A DNA stretch of 64,000 nucleotides from Lingula anatina (taxonomy: Eukaryota; Animalia; Brachiopoda): positions 27,652,001 through 27,716,000 of the forward strand of contig CM120642.1 in NCBI GenBank assembly GCA_051362555.1, read 5' to 3'. Positions within the stretch are counted from its first letter, which is position 1. Each line of letters begins with the position of its first letter. The position numbers and the translations under genes were made by a program. Below are positions 13,281-24,845 of the stretch, in pieces. A model generated the notes under the pieces. That model saw only the letters and a program-made list of their open reading frames with translations. It was not told the DNA's origin and did no database searches.

Positions 13281-13956
13281 TTATACGTCAGGTGGAAGGA
13301 GTGAAAAGAAAAATATTTTTACCAATGTCATTATTCGAATGAGTAGCGCCCGCTTTAAAATCTATGGGGGCGTCTCGATAGTCCGAAGGTTCATTGGTCC
13401 GAAAAGTGGTAACATTTTCATCGATTTTTTAATCAAGGGTTCATTGGTCCGAAGGTTCTATAGTGAACATTCGGACCAATGAACCTTCGGACTATTGAAC
13501 CTTCGGACTATCGCTACGGCCCCAAAATCTATAGGCCTATATTTAAAAAAGCTTTTCCTTTCTTTGTGAAATGATATTTATTTTTGGTTTATTCATTCAT
13601 TTCTAGCTGGCAGGGATAAATGTAAGAACGTCTTCAAAACCTTTGTGGAAGCTGGTTCCTCAGTTCAGATAGGAGAGAACGTTACGCATAGATTCAAAGC
13701 TGTTGTCCCATTTAAGCACACAATGCAGCTTCCGGTTTACGTTAGTTCCTCTAAAGATGCCAAGTACACAACGGACCCGGACACCACACCATTGGGGAAA
13801 ATTTCAGTAAGTGTACCTGGCCAAAATGACCCGGGCAAGGAAAGACTGGTTGAAGTTCGCATGGGCTTCGGAGATACAGAAATCCACGTGACTGCCGTGG
13901 ATCTAACGACCGGAAATGCGTCACTTCCGGTGAACATCAACTTCCTCGCAAAATGA
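6751..13956 (+). CDS. HSPA12A: Heat shock 70 kDa protein 12-like (HSPA12A/B family atypical Hsp70), 7 coding exons, ~589 aa
   Basis: Exons 6751-7101, 9226-9435, 10512-10653, 11046-11195, 11787-12215, 13040-13177, 13607-13956. All have GT/AG boundaries and consistent phases (0,0,1,1,1,1); total 1770 nt. Family motifs: VVVAIDFGTSFSGYAYS, KTPTCLLL, FGFEA, WVITVPSIW..AKQFMREAA, EPEAAS, LVLDCGGGTVD, SGGAWGG..VD, LVGGFSES, AIVKGAVLYG, FGDTEI. AATAAA at 13997 and 14027. The A versus B paralog cannot be distinguished. Confidence 0.93.
13200..13275. repeat. Compound (GT)n(GA)n microsatellite in HSPA12 intron 6
   Basis: Directly visible dinucleotide runs. Confidence 0.95.
13366..13523. mobile_element. 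158-bp MITE with TIRs, internal 15-16-bp repeats and a 9-bp TSD (Mutator-like TSD length), in HSPA12 intron 6
   Basis: TIRs 'gggggcgtctcgatagtccgaaggttca' and 'tgaaccttcggactatcgctacggcccc'. Subterminal repeats 'gtccgaaggttcattg' in both orientations. Perfect direct repeat 'aaaatctat' at 13357-13365 and 13524-13532. Confidence 0.85.
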
Positions 13957-15259
13957 CACTAAAATGCAGCAGACGTGTATTCATAAAAAATACCCCAATA
14001 AAAGCACATCAAGCAAACCGCGGCCCAATAAACCCCCATAGAACTCGTATGAACACATTTTTTTGCGTTCACTCAAGAAAGGTCATCAAGGGCCAGTCGC
14101 TCTTCCTGTTAAGCATGTGCAGATTTTTCTGATTATGATTATATATTCTGATTATGACATGATCATCGATGCGGGAACTTCAGAGCCGTTCATGCGATAT
14201 GAAATAATGTATTTACTTTGAAAAGGAAACATTTCGATAATGAAAATATATCCATATCTTGTGAAAAATGAAATCGTCACCACGCGGTACCGGTAGGACA
14301 TGCGACAAGAAGGTTGGTGGGTTTGACTTGTTCCTATTCATTTTTACTGAAACTCGATATGTACACCTTGTCAAATACTCCCAGAAAATAAAAGAGCGTC
14401 TACTTGGTGCGCAGGCGCTCCAAATGTAGACACCCGGTCTTGACTGCCACGGAACCCAAGCCCCGAGGTGGGTTTATAAGGACCTTGGTTATGAGTAGGC
14501 CTATGTAGTGATCTCACATAATAAAAAATATCCGCGACAGAATCGCAATTAGGCGTATACCACAGTTGAATGTGTAAGTGGTTAACGCGGTTATTATTAC
14601 AACCTTAACGATAGGTCATCCCATAAATTGTTGAGGGAACGAAATGAGGAAATGTGAAATTTTCTCGACTGGGCGTCGTACAAAAGGTGAATGAGTAATG
14701 CTAGTCGTATTTATAACAGCGTTATGTGAACATATTTTGTTATTGACTTTACGCGGAACACATCACATGCACAAAGAAACGTTTTGGGCTGATCCCAAGT
14801 ATTGTTACATAAAATAATAATAAGCACATGTAAAAAATAAGTAAGTACATGTACAAGCGAAAGGTAGATCCAGAAAAACATTTTGTGTATGGTTCCACTT
14901 TCTAAAATAATGTTACGTGGCAGTATCCTCTATTCTGTAATAAGGCCGGCATTCTGACATCTAAAAGATGCAATGACCTTATATTTCCTTTAATATGTCT
15001 GATTGTTAAGAACACTCATATATTTATGAATAGTCCACCGCAGCTATATCAGCACAACATATAGACTATGTTAGAAGTGGTGGTAAAGTATTTATTGTGA
15101 ACAGCGGCACAGTAATTTGTTGAACTTAAGCCTTTTTAATTCACTTTAGCTAAAACTTTTCTCATCATGTTGCATTTCTCCTTGAAATGTGATTTCTAAA
15201 ATCAGTTACAGTCTCAGTTTATGACAGTCAGTGTGTCGCGTTGTATGGTTGGTGAGGTT

Positions 15260-18200
15260 TTAAGTTAAAAGTTTTTGCCGCATTATTTCAATGGCGGCTT
15301 TCTCTCTGAGTCGAGCCCGGAAGTAGACAGCGTATATGGCAATGGTTCCAATGAGCACGGTTCCAATTATGCACCCAAGAATGATTTGGTGCATTATAGC
15401 CGCATCCAGTTTTGCTTTAAGTTCTGTGGATGAAAAAAACGAATGGTACAGGTAGAAATTGGACATAATAGAGGTAAATGTAAAACAGAGTAGAAAAATG
15501 GAAATAAAAATGCGATTTAGAACGTCCTAATTCTGTTTGTTTGTCTTCAAATACTTCGTTAACAGAAACCTGATCAACTTGATATTTAACAGCCTGCATT
15601 CGTCGTCAACTTAAAACTGAGTTATCTTTCAGCTTATGAGTTTTTTCCACTGTAGATAATATGTGGATGAGAGAGAGAGAGATAAAAAAGAGAATAGAAA
15701 CTTAGCAAAATGTCTCAAGGCAAAACAAACCTGGGCTTATACTCTCTGGATCCGTTTGTTTCCCGTCAAACCAGTCGGTTGGCACGTGTTGTATCCTAGC
15801 AGTAGCCGCAGTGGCCGCAGTGGCCGGAGCATTCGTGACTGGTCCTCCTGGGTTCCCAGGTGGGCTGGGTTGTCCTCCAGGGCGCATTTGCACCATTGTC
15901 ATGGTATCACCCTTCTGTCCTTTCTGTCCAATTGCACTCATCCCCTTCATTCCTTTCATCCCCTTCATCCCCGGCATGCCCATTTCTCCCATTGCACCAA
16001 AATTCCCTACATTTCCCATTACGCCCTTCTGGCCCTTTTGACCTTTGACGTCACCAGGCGGGCCGACCATACCTTTCACACCTGCAAATAGTTATATAAC
16101 TCCGATTTTCTAAAATGAAGACCTTTAATACCATGTGACTTTCTCTGACCAGGACATTCGCCTTACGTTATAGAAAGTATCTGAATAGCTGCCGCTTAGC
16201 CTGTGAGTAACGTACATTCTTACTGATCTTACTGGTTGTACATCTATATGGTTGTGACGGACTTTTGAAATTAAAATATGAGTTTAAGGAATATGTCGTG
16301 TTGAAGTGAGGATGTACTTGTAAACAATGCTTAATCATAGAAAATTGAGAAAAAAATATAAATATTGAACAATTTTAATGTTTCCTCTTATTTCACATTC
16401 CAGGTAAAACCGACTGAATAACTGTACGAGGGTGTGGGTAGGAACTGGGAGGGGTGAGAATTTCTGTTCACAAAATTGACGACAAAAACTGTTCAGTCTG
16501 ATGATTTTATTTATAGCTTTTACCTTTGGGTCCTGCTGTCCCTGGTGGGCCACCGGTGCTTATTCCCTGTGGGCCTCCGGTTCCTGGGGGGCCGCCTGTC
16601 CCTGGTGGCCCTCCTGTGCCTGGTGGCCCTCCTGTTGATGGTGGTCCTCCTGTACCTGGGGGTCCTCCTGTCCCAGGTGGCCCGCCTGTCCCTGGTGGTC
16701 CTCCTGTCCCAGGTGGTCCACCAGTTCCAGGTGGTCCTCCCGTTCCAGGTGGACCTCCCGTTCCTGGTGGCCCGGCTGTTGCTGGTGGTCCGCCTGTTGA
16801 TGGAGGCCCGCCTGTACCTGGTGGACCTCCAGTCCCAGGAGGTCCGCCTGTCCCCGGCGGCCCCCCTGTACCTGGAGGTCCTCCTGTTCCCGGTGGTCCT
16901 CCAGTTCCTGGTGGCCCTCCTGTCCCAGGCGGTCCACCTGTTGATGGTGGTCCTCCTGTTCCTGGTGGACCACCTGTTCCTGGAGGCCCTCCTGTACCAG
17001 GTGGACCTCCTGTACCCGGTGGTCCACCTGTTCCTGGTGGCCCTCCTGTACCGGGTGGTCCACCTGTTCCTGGTGGCCCTCCTGTACCGGGTGGTCCACC
17101 TGTTCCTGGTGGCCCTCCTGTGCTTGGCGGCCCTCCTGTACCTGGTGGCCCTCCTGTCCCTGGTGGCCCTCCTGTCCCTGGTGGCCCCCCTGTGCCTGAT
17201 GGCCCTCCTGTACCAGGTGGCCCTCCTGTACCAGGTGGTCCACCTGTTCCTGGTGGCCCTCCTGTACCGGGTGGTCCTCCTGTTCCTGGCGGCCCTCCTG
17301 TTCCTGGCGGTCCCCCTGTTCCTGGGGGACCACCTGTCCCTGGTGGCCCACCTGTTCCTTGTGGTCCACTTGTCCCTGGTGGTCCTCCTGTTCCTGGTGG
17401 TCCACTTGTCCCTGGTGGTCCTCCTGTACCTGCCGTTCCTATTAGTGGCGAAATACAGTAATCAGTATGTGACGCGCAATGGCTTGTACGTTACAAAATA
17501 TGTTTCTAAATATTTCAGCTTTATCACACATATCACAAAGATTATTTTTATGGACCGGAAAAACGTATTCGGTTATATAGTTTTATTTTTCTTGTTGACC
17601 TAGCGCATGGCATCGGCATGCAATTTTTACTTGTAAACACGCTATAAGGAAACATTCAGTATACATTGTTCCTTATTTTACAGGCTTTATCTAAAGAGCT
17701 CAAATACAGTTCAGTGTCGTACACCTAGACTAAACCTTATAATTAAAAAAGTCGACAAAAAAGGTACATTTCAAATTTTTAATGGACTACGTAGAAAAAT
17801 TATGATAGCTAAAACTCAAATTTTGCACGTACATGTAGATGCAATGTAATATTAAGGACTGATTTACAAAATTTCAATGTAAACTGTAGATTTTGAAGTA
17901 GAACGCTTCACATTTGGCGCAAACCATAACATTAACGTCTTCAAGATCACGGCAATAACCGGACGTACGCCATGACGCCATTCAAAAGTATTTTGAGAAG
18001 CTGCCGGATGATTAGATTTAAATTACGCATATTGCATCAGTCTAGACTGAGTACCAAATATTCATGAGAAGCCAGGGGTGGGAGTTATAGCGCATGCGTG
18101 ACGGGTTTGATAGAGAAAATATACTCAAACAAAGCCTGTGCAATACCGTATTTTACTGACATATATTTAATGGGTGGATGATGCATTTCAGGCCCGTAGC

Positions 18201-19285
18201 CAGCATTTCCAGAGAGAGGGTTCGTTTTCTGAAATAGTGGACCTTTTACCATGAAATCCTCAAGTACATCGATCAAATTTTACCCAGAGTGGACCTTTTC
18301 CCAGCAAAAGGGTGGATCTTTCGAACCCCCGAAGCCCCTCTGCCTACGGGCCTGTATTAACAGATCACTACCAAAATGTAATCACTTTTAAGTTTGCGGC
18401 CTATCCTGAAAAATTCACCACAATCCACTTATTACTTACAGGAGTGATTGAGTGGACTTGGCCATACCACGACTTGTGTTTGAAACCTAGCCTAAGTGAC
18501 TTATTTTGCTTGAAATTGTTAAAATTTTTATAGTCTTTCGTTAAGCCTGTTTTAGTAACATATACTGTAGCCCACAATAACAGCAGTTCATAATTGGGTA
18601 TTGATGGTACTTACGTTACCTAGCAATACTGCAAAATTGACTCAAGTAATACTGTGCCCACTTTCTTAGTCAGGCAAATAAATAAAAAAAAAGTTTTAAT
18701 TCTTAACCCGAGTGACTCATACTTTTAAAACTCAGTTTGGCAGATGATAATAAAGTTTGCTTTGAATATTAATATGAGGTGGTCCCGGTAATTTGTAACA
18801 AGAATTTAAAAAAATATAATTTTACCAAACCTGCCCTTAGATGATTTTACAGAAATGCGCACAGATGGATAGCAAGGGGTTGAACTCCCAAGACATAAGT
18901 ACGCTGTGTATATTGATAATCCTTGCATTTTGTCTCTTTTACAAATCAATTTGTTGGCTTTCTTCGTCCCAAATGTGCCCATGAAATGCAGTACAAGTGC
19001 TGAGTTTACTTATTCCCCGATTTTAGTGTGCACCAAAAGGCTCACCAAATTGGTGCAAAAATAATCTTGCAACTGTCTTATATTCCATGCATATATTTGG
19101 GACGAACAAACTATGCAAAAGAGACAAAACATCAGAATTATCAACCTTCTCTACATTGCTGCACCTTGGGAGTTGAACCCCCATGGATACATAGATACAC
19201 ACTGAAGATAGACAGTCTTCTTACCTTCACATACATCTTGTACAAAAGTAATTACGAGAATTACTTTAAGGCAGAGTAGCTGCAT
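15260..19285 (-). CDS. Putative type I transmembrane collagen-like protein: signal peptide, (GTGGPP)~50, Gly-X-Y collagen segment, P/T/A stalk, TM helix, short basic tail; ~496 aa
   Basis: Minus-strand exons, all joined in phase 1 with canonical GT/AG: 19285-19225 ([21 protein letters not shown], donor g|gtaag); 17438-16524 ([15 protein letters not shown]...GTAGPK); 16081-15731 ([53 protein letters not shown]); 15423-15260 ([45 protein letters not shown]). Total 1491 nt. Minus-strand AATAAA at 15091-15096. Exon 1 is the least certain assignment. Confidence 0.8.
16524..17438 (-). repeat. Coding 18-bp tandem repeat, ~50 units, encoding GTGGPP
   Basis: Plus-strand unit ccNgtNccNggNggNccN, with variation almost only at every third base. 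Occasional [12 protein letters not shown] and GTSGPP variants. Confidence 0.95.
18189..18354. mobile_element. MITE, CAGGCCCGTAGC..CTACGGGCCTG family (copy 1)
   Basis: TIRs 'caggcccgtag' and 'ctacgggcctg'. Internal 'agtggaccttt..gatcaaattttacccagagtggaccttt..ccagcaaaa..tttcgaacccc' is shared with 25828-25981. Confidence 0.75.
18861..19193. mobile_element. Possible degenerate MITE in intron 1 of the collagen-like gene
   Basis: 'gatggatagcaaggggttgaactccccaag' (~18863-18892) is an imperfect reverse complement of 'cttgggagttgaacccccatggatacat' (~19165-19193). Confidence 0.35.
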
Positions 19286-21207
19286 CCTGCTTTGTATCTG
19301 CTTCGAGCCTGCTTACGTTAAGAACATGGAGGTGTCTCCTTCAGCTGCAATTAAGCAAAATACCGTCGTATATTTGGAACAAAACATTGCAAAACAAACC
19401 ACCCATCATAGGCAAAATACAGCAGACCTCTGGTTGGATAAAAATTTTAAAAGGCATTGGAAACGGGCCTATTTAGCAAAATTAAATCATCTCATAAAGT
19501 CTTTTTCATGCATATGAAACATCAGTTTTAGTCCGGATATACAGTTTGTAAACGCCTTTTTAAACAAAAAAGCAATGTGCCTTGTTTACTGACGTGGGGC
19601 TTTGAGCTCAATGTAGAAATTTAAGTGATTTGATACCAGACGTGTTTGAAATTCAAAATTCATGATATTAGATAGAATGTAGGCATAGCAGTATATGATC
19701 ATAGATATTCTACGGTAAGAAAAAGTTTACCAATTACTTTACCTTTTTTTGCCAGAACGACTATTTGCCGTTTCCTCAACTTGGAGCAATAGTCACTCTT
19801 TGTCTATATGCTGCCTGTTGTAGTCTGTCTGCTTCAATAAAAGCTGTTTATGCATTTATGAAAAGGGAATAAAATCAAACGAATATTCTTCCGTTGTCAC
19901 CATACCCTTTGGCTATGTGTGGTACATTTCGCGCTGCTCGCCGTGGGCAAAACTGTAGGGGATCTGTATACTGGTAGTGTGGTCGGAAATTTGTTAAAAG
20001 TAAACATGACTTTTTTATGTATTCCAGCTTGATTGGTTTTTTTTTATTTCCTGTTTTTTGTTCTGTGCTGAAAAACGTACTACTGGTGAAAAATTTTACC
20101 GTAGTGTCACTTGTTTCATTTTCAGGCGTATGACACAAAATCTGAAGCTATGCAAGCTCTTTTAACTACCATGTATGCAAAAGCGATTTTATGAGTCTAC
20201 ACGCCTCTGGGTCTCAATCGAGGTACCTTCAGGCCATGGAAGTTGCTTGTGATAAAGCAAACCCGTTACTCCTTTAGCAATGTATTTCATGATTCTATTG
20301 TGTGCTAATGTGGAAATGAAAACCAACACGATATGCAGTGAAATACTGTAATTACTCAATCTTTTCAATGGGGGAAAATTGTGAATTTTACAGATACTGT
20401 AATTGTAAGTTATAATTTCTTAAAAAATTAAGTAATAGCAACAAAATGAAAAAAAAAATGCTGCTTTACTGGTATATCTTTATTCTATGCAATTAGATTA
20501 AATGCACAAAAAATGCTATAGAAATATTGACCATTTAAAAGTCGAGTATATTACGGTAATTCAAATCTAGCCCATCCCACTAACATTAATTTGGCCCATT
20601 TACATTTTGAATCCACTGCGTTAAAAAATATTACAGTACTAACATACAATATATAATTCTGCAATCCCCTCATTTTCCTTTTGTGTATTGTACACTAAAA
20701 GGTTAACCCATATTAATTTTACAGCTAGGTTCTAAAGGGGGGGCACACGGTACATATGGCATTGTGTTATCATAAAATGGAAAAGGTTTGTCATGCAATG
20801 TGAAACTTTGAAGGTAGCGTGTTTTGCTTGCTTATATTTTGATTTATATACATCTGAAAGTACAGGAAAAGTTGATTGAGTTTAAGAACGCGCTATAAAT
20901 GGAAAGATAAATTCCAGCAATATTTAAAGGTGGTGTATAAAGCCTTCAAAGGCTTCCCTTTTCAGCAGCGAAGCGCTTGCAGTATTATTTCCAAATGGAT
21001 TGCGGGAACACTATAATAATACAATGAGCAGAATAAGCCCGACACGGATAAGGTATTTAATTATGCATTTATGGAAGTGTCAAGCTTCCGAGGCTCAAGT
21101 GATAAAATGTTGTCTGTTTGTTGATTTTATGAGCCACTTATTTTTATTTACTTTCTTTTTTGTATTGTTTTATCCGTTGTAGTTTGCGTAGCTGATTTTC
21201 TTTGGGA

Positions 21208-21461
21208 GCGTTCAGATAAACCCATCTCACCAGCTGAATCTATCCAACTCTACTGGAGACTCTCCTAAAGTGTGATAACTGTAATTATTTGGCTTAAATT
21301 TCTTACACGTCTCCTCTAGCTGCTAGATGGTAATTAACTAATTAACTAGCTACTCAAGGAGGCGTGTCAAACAATTAAGCTGATAACACTGAATACACTC
21401 AGCGAAAATCCTCCTGCTGAGTTGGATCGATCCAGCTGGTATGTTGTTTGAATCTGAACGC
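21208..21461. mobile_element. Palindromic MITE-like element related to those at 24.5 and 36.9 kb
   Basis: Termini 'gcgttcagat' and 'atctgaacgc'. Inner inverted arms 'ccagctgaatctatccaactc' / 'gagttggatcgatccagctgg' and 'acacgtctcct' / 'aggaggcgtgt'. Confidence 0.65.
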
Positions 21462-24400
21462 GGCTTTTGTCTCCTTCTGTCTGCCTGTCAGATATTGAAA
21501 TAAAAGAGAAGCATATCCCAAGTTAATTTATTTTTGTATAAAGAAAATGATGCTATAATAAAGCATAGTGTCTGTCAGTTTTATCTTTTTTTCCTGGGAA
21601 AAATTCATCCATTTTTAGATAGCCTGGGAATACAATTGGTTTGAGAGTCGCTGTGATTCACGCAGGCTTGAGAGCCGTTTTCGAACGTGGCAGATTGAAT
21701 GCAGCAGACACAATTGTCACAACTAGCGCATTCCTCAGCAAATCGTATTTTCATCCACCTTTTTTTTTTACTGTGATTGTCATCATGGCAGATCAGTTGC
21801 CCCATATGTTTACATTCGTCACATAGTACGAGGCAGCGCCGGGGACCAGTTTTTCAAGATGCATTTCGTTCAGGTTCACTCCCCACCCACGCTTCGATTT
21901 GCCCCCGTTTATTGCAGCGCTATAAGAGAGGCCTGTGAATGAACGAAAGTCGTGATGGGGGCTTAGGTATGACGCTGTTCAAGGTCACAATTTATTTTAT
22001 ATCGCTGTCGCTGCAGTTAACGCAATGGTAGGCACCTGCTGAGAGAAGGACTTGACCTGGCTTTGTAAGTGTAGAGGGACGACTGGTCACACCAAAAGGA
22101 GAGGGCCCCGGGAAGAGCGCGCAACACCTAAAGTCGTCGGGTATCAAAGCACAGGTACGCTATTTTGCTAACAGTACAGCACTGATAGTATTTACTTTGT
22201 GACAATTCTTTTTAAATTAACCTCACTAGAATAGTCATTTGTCACATGTCATCAAGCTACACGACCCTATTATTTATTTCCTGGGGTCGCTGTGACACTC
22301 TCTCATTGTTATTGGTGTGCGGAGGAGTGCTGGACCTTCTGGTTAGAAAACAGGCTGCTTGACAACGATGTCACCGTCTCGTCATTGAGAAGAGACGCAG
22401 GTGTCGTTGCTTAACGAGTGATGGAATAACTGCCCATGTACGACTACTTATAAGTTAATTGTCAACATTTACACAATGGTCTTTAAACACAATAACTCTG
22501 ATGAAACGCTTTTTTAAAATTTAATTTACTGTGTTATTTATCATAAATAGAAAAACCTGCTCGTTGCATATCTGGCTTCAGTGGCGACTTCGTGTATTCA
22601 AAGGTAAAGGGAAGTGAGGCAATTAAATGTGTAATATATAGAGGTTAAGATAATTAATGTGACTCAACTAGCACTAGCAGTTCTTCCACAGGTACATGTA
22701 TTTAGCGCTGTCACCCACTCTTCCCACAGGTCAAACTGCGAATATTTTCTTTACTGTCAATTAACATTTTCTCTCCCCGGTAGCAGTGACATTTCACAAA
22801 GTGAGGAAGCAAAAACCCGCTTTCGAAACAAAGGCCGTTTGATACGCAATGTGTGCCCATGCAGCCGTTGGACAACACATCTTGTCGCCAGTAACCTACA
22901 TTCTTTTGATATGACGTTAGTCACCGCAACGTTCAACTCCACTTACACCTTACAAAGTGGGAGCCGCATTCAGTTGGCTGTAAATGTCGCGCCGAATAAC
23001 AACACGGAAAACCAGTTTTACTCGAAACAATGTAAAGCGTACCACGGTTTGTTTGTACGGGACTGAGTTGGGTGCACGCGGGCGAGTGGAGTGAGAGGAA
23101 ACGCCTACTTCGAGGTAATGAGGCTTACCTTATTAAATATCAAACATGTCATCGATCAAGTGTAATAATAATTGAACCCCGTGCACTGTCATAAGACTCC
23201 TGGCTGCACCTTAATACACCTGCTTAAAGCCGAGCCTTGGTGCCGGTCTGAGAAATGAATGATAAGGTATCAAAGAGTAACTGAAGTCTTACGGAGTCTT
23301 GCGATAGCAGTCTACAACTTAATTTCCCAGGTCTAAGTCTTAATCACATCGCACAGGCTCGGGAGATTGACATTTAATTAATAGTGCAGTTGTCAGGATG
23401 TGTTATGGTATGCGTTGAAGACCCATTCACTTGCTGCAGACTACAGGCTATGCCGGTAGTAGTCTACATTTTATAATAGAAATAGTGTGGTTCAATCCAA
23501 GACCGGACTGTTTGCGTATAGATCACGGGATTTATTGCATAACTTCATACTGAGACCTGTCTTTAACTTGGAAAAACATTATGACTGCTAATCGGGTCTA
23601 GACTGGGAACAACAGATATAAAGGTGATTTTGTGCGTGAGCGCGAGCGCATACAGGTACATGAACGTTTGTACGTAGCTATGCTTTGTATCTTAATTCAG
23701 ATGGGCAAAGGCATAATAGCTTATTGAATTGAGGCTTTTGAGTATATATTACGTTGGTGAGCACCGCTAATATACTGTAGTAAAGTATGTAAATAAATGA
23801 ATGTCATGATCGCATGAATGGAAGCATGGGAACTTGTCAAGGGGTGAGATAGGGTTTACAATGTGTGAAGGTGCACTTTAAAATAAGAAGAAGTAGAATC
23901 AGATGATCAACTCTGAACCCCATGGTGGTGTTGCTTTAGAGTAAAACCAGCTATAGTGATATCTTTAAATGACCATTTTGGAAGGTGGTGACCCGGATAT
24001 TAATTGTGCACTCATATGACAGCAGAACGCACAGTATAAGACATACAGGCGTATCTGAGCAAGGTTTTAACGACGGTTACTCTTTAGAAGGTTATCAATC
24101 AGAAGAGGGCAGGATATTTTATGATTTGACATTCATGGGGACAGACAGAGACGAGCACTTAGCACAGCTGGTTATAATATTCAAGTCACTGTGTAAGTTC
24201 CTTACGTGCATTCGGTCCCAACCACCTGGTGACACAATTATGCTTAACTCCGGCTTCCTATAGTTATGCAGGGTCAGTACACAAACCAGGGTCAAATTCT
24301 GTGAAAATTACTTTTTCTTGGTCTTGAACAATATTAATAGGACCGTCAATCATGCATTATTTGCATGAAAGTCGTAAAAGTGGAGGCACCTATTTGACGC

Positions 24401-24464
24401 TATGCATACATGACTTAAAACCCCTTAATGGTAGCTCCATGCTCACAGGTACATAGAGATGAAC

Positions 24465-24845
24465 TTAAGTTCCATTCCCAATGGAAACTACCGTTCCACA
24501 TGGATCGATCCGACTCTGCAGGGACTCTAGGTGAATGCAATCAGATTAACAGGTTAACACGCCTCATCTTGTTTCCAACGTACTTGTTTATATTTAATGT
24601 ACGCAGTCGGTCAAATCCTATTTATAATCTACTGTACATGTGTAACACTGTATCGCCTAGACAGTAATAGGAAATACAATAACTAACTACATGTACTCGT
24701 ATAACCACCAGCTTTTTTTGGATTCTACTCAACTCCAGGAGGAGGCATGGTAATCTATTATAAATAACCTGATTGCATTCAGCGAGAGTCCCCGCTGAAA
24801 TGAATCACTCTACACAGAACAATAGTTTCATTGGGAACGAGGTCT
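24465..24845. mobile_element. MITE, same family as 36897-37165 (PIF/Harbinger-like)
   Basis: Shares 'gatcgatcc..tgaatgcaatcagattaaca..ttaacacgcctc..ttgtttccaacgta' and 'ctgattgcattcagcgagagtccccgc..acaatagttt.attgggaa' with the 36.9 kb copy, and has a longer middle. Confidence 0.75.

Noticed and set aside
13380-13512. CRISPR-like short repeats (gtccgaaggttcattg)
   Set aside because: Eukaryotic intron, repeats in both orientations and no unique spacers; these are MITE subterminal repeats.
14277-14480. Possible tRNA-derived SINE or ncRNA downstream of HSPA12
   Set aside because: Only a weak B-box-like stretch; no cloverleaf and no second copy in the window.
16560-17405. Minus-strand 281-aa QEGH-rich ORF
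   Set aside because: Shifted frame of the repeat. Its amino acids change at the variable bases, and it stops before the donor.
16526-17461. Plus-strand 311-aa GGPPVP ORF and 375-aa Leu/Val-rich ORF as real genes
   Set aside because: Non-ATG starts and no plus-strand gene context. Splice signals and in-phase flanking exons support the minus-strand GTGGPP frame.
18440-18483. Possible extra exon of the collagen-like gene ([21 protein letters not shown] donor)
   Set aside because: Ends in phase 0, whereas the next exon needs phase 1; inclusion would shift the frame.
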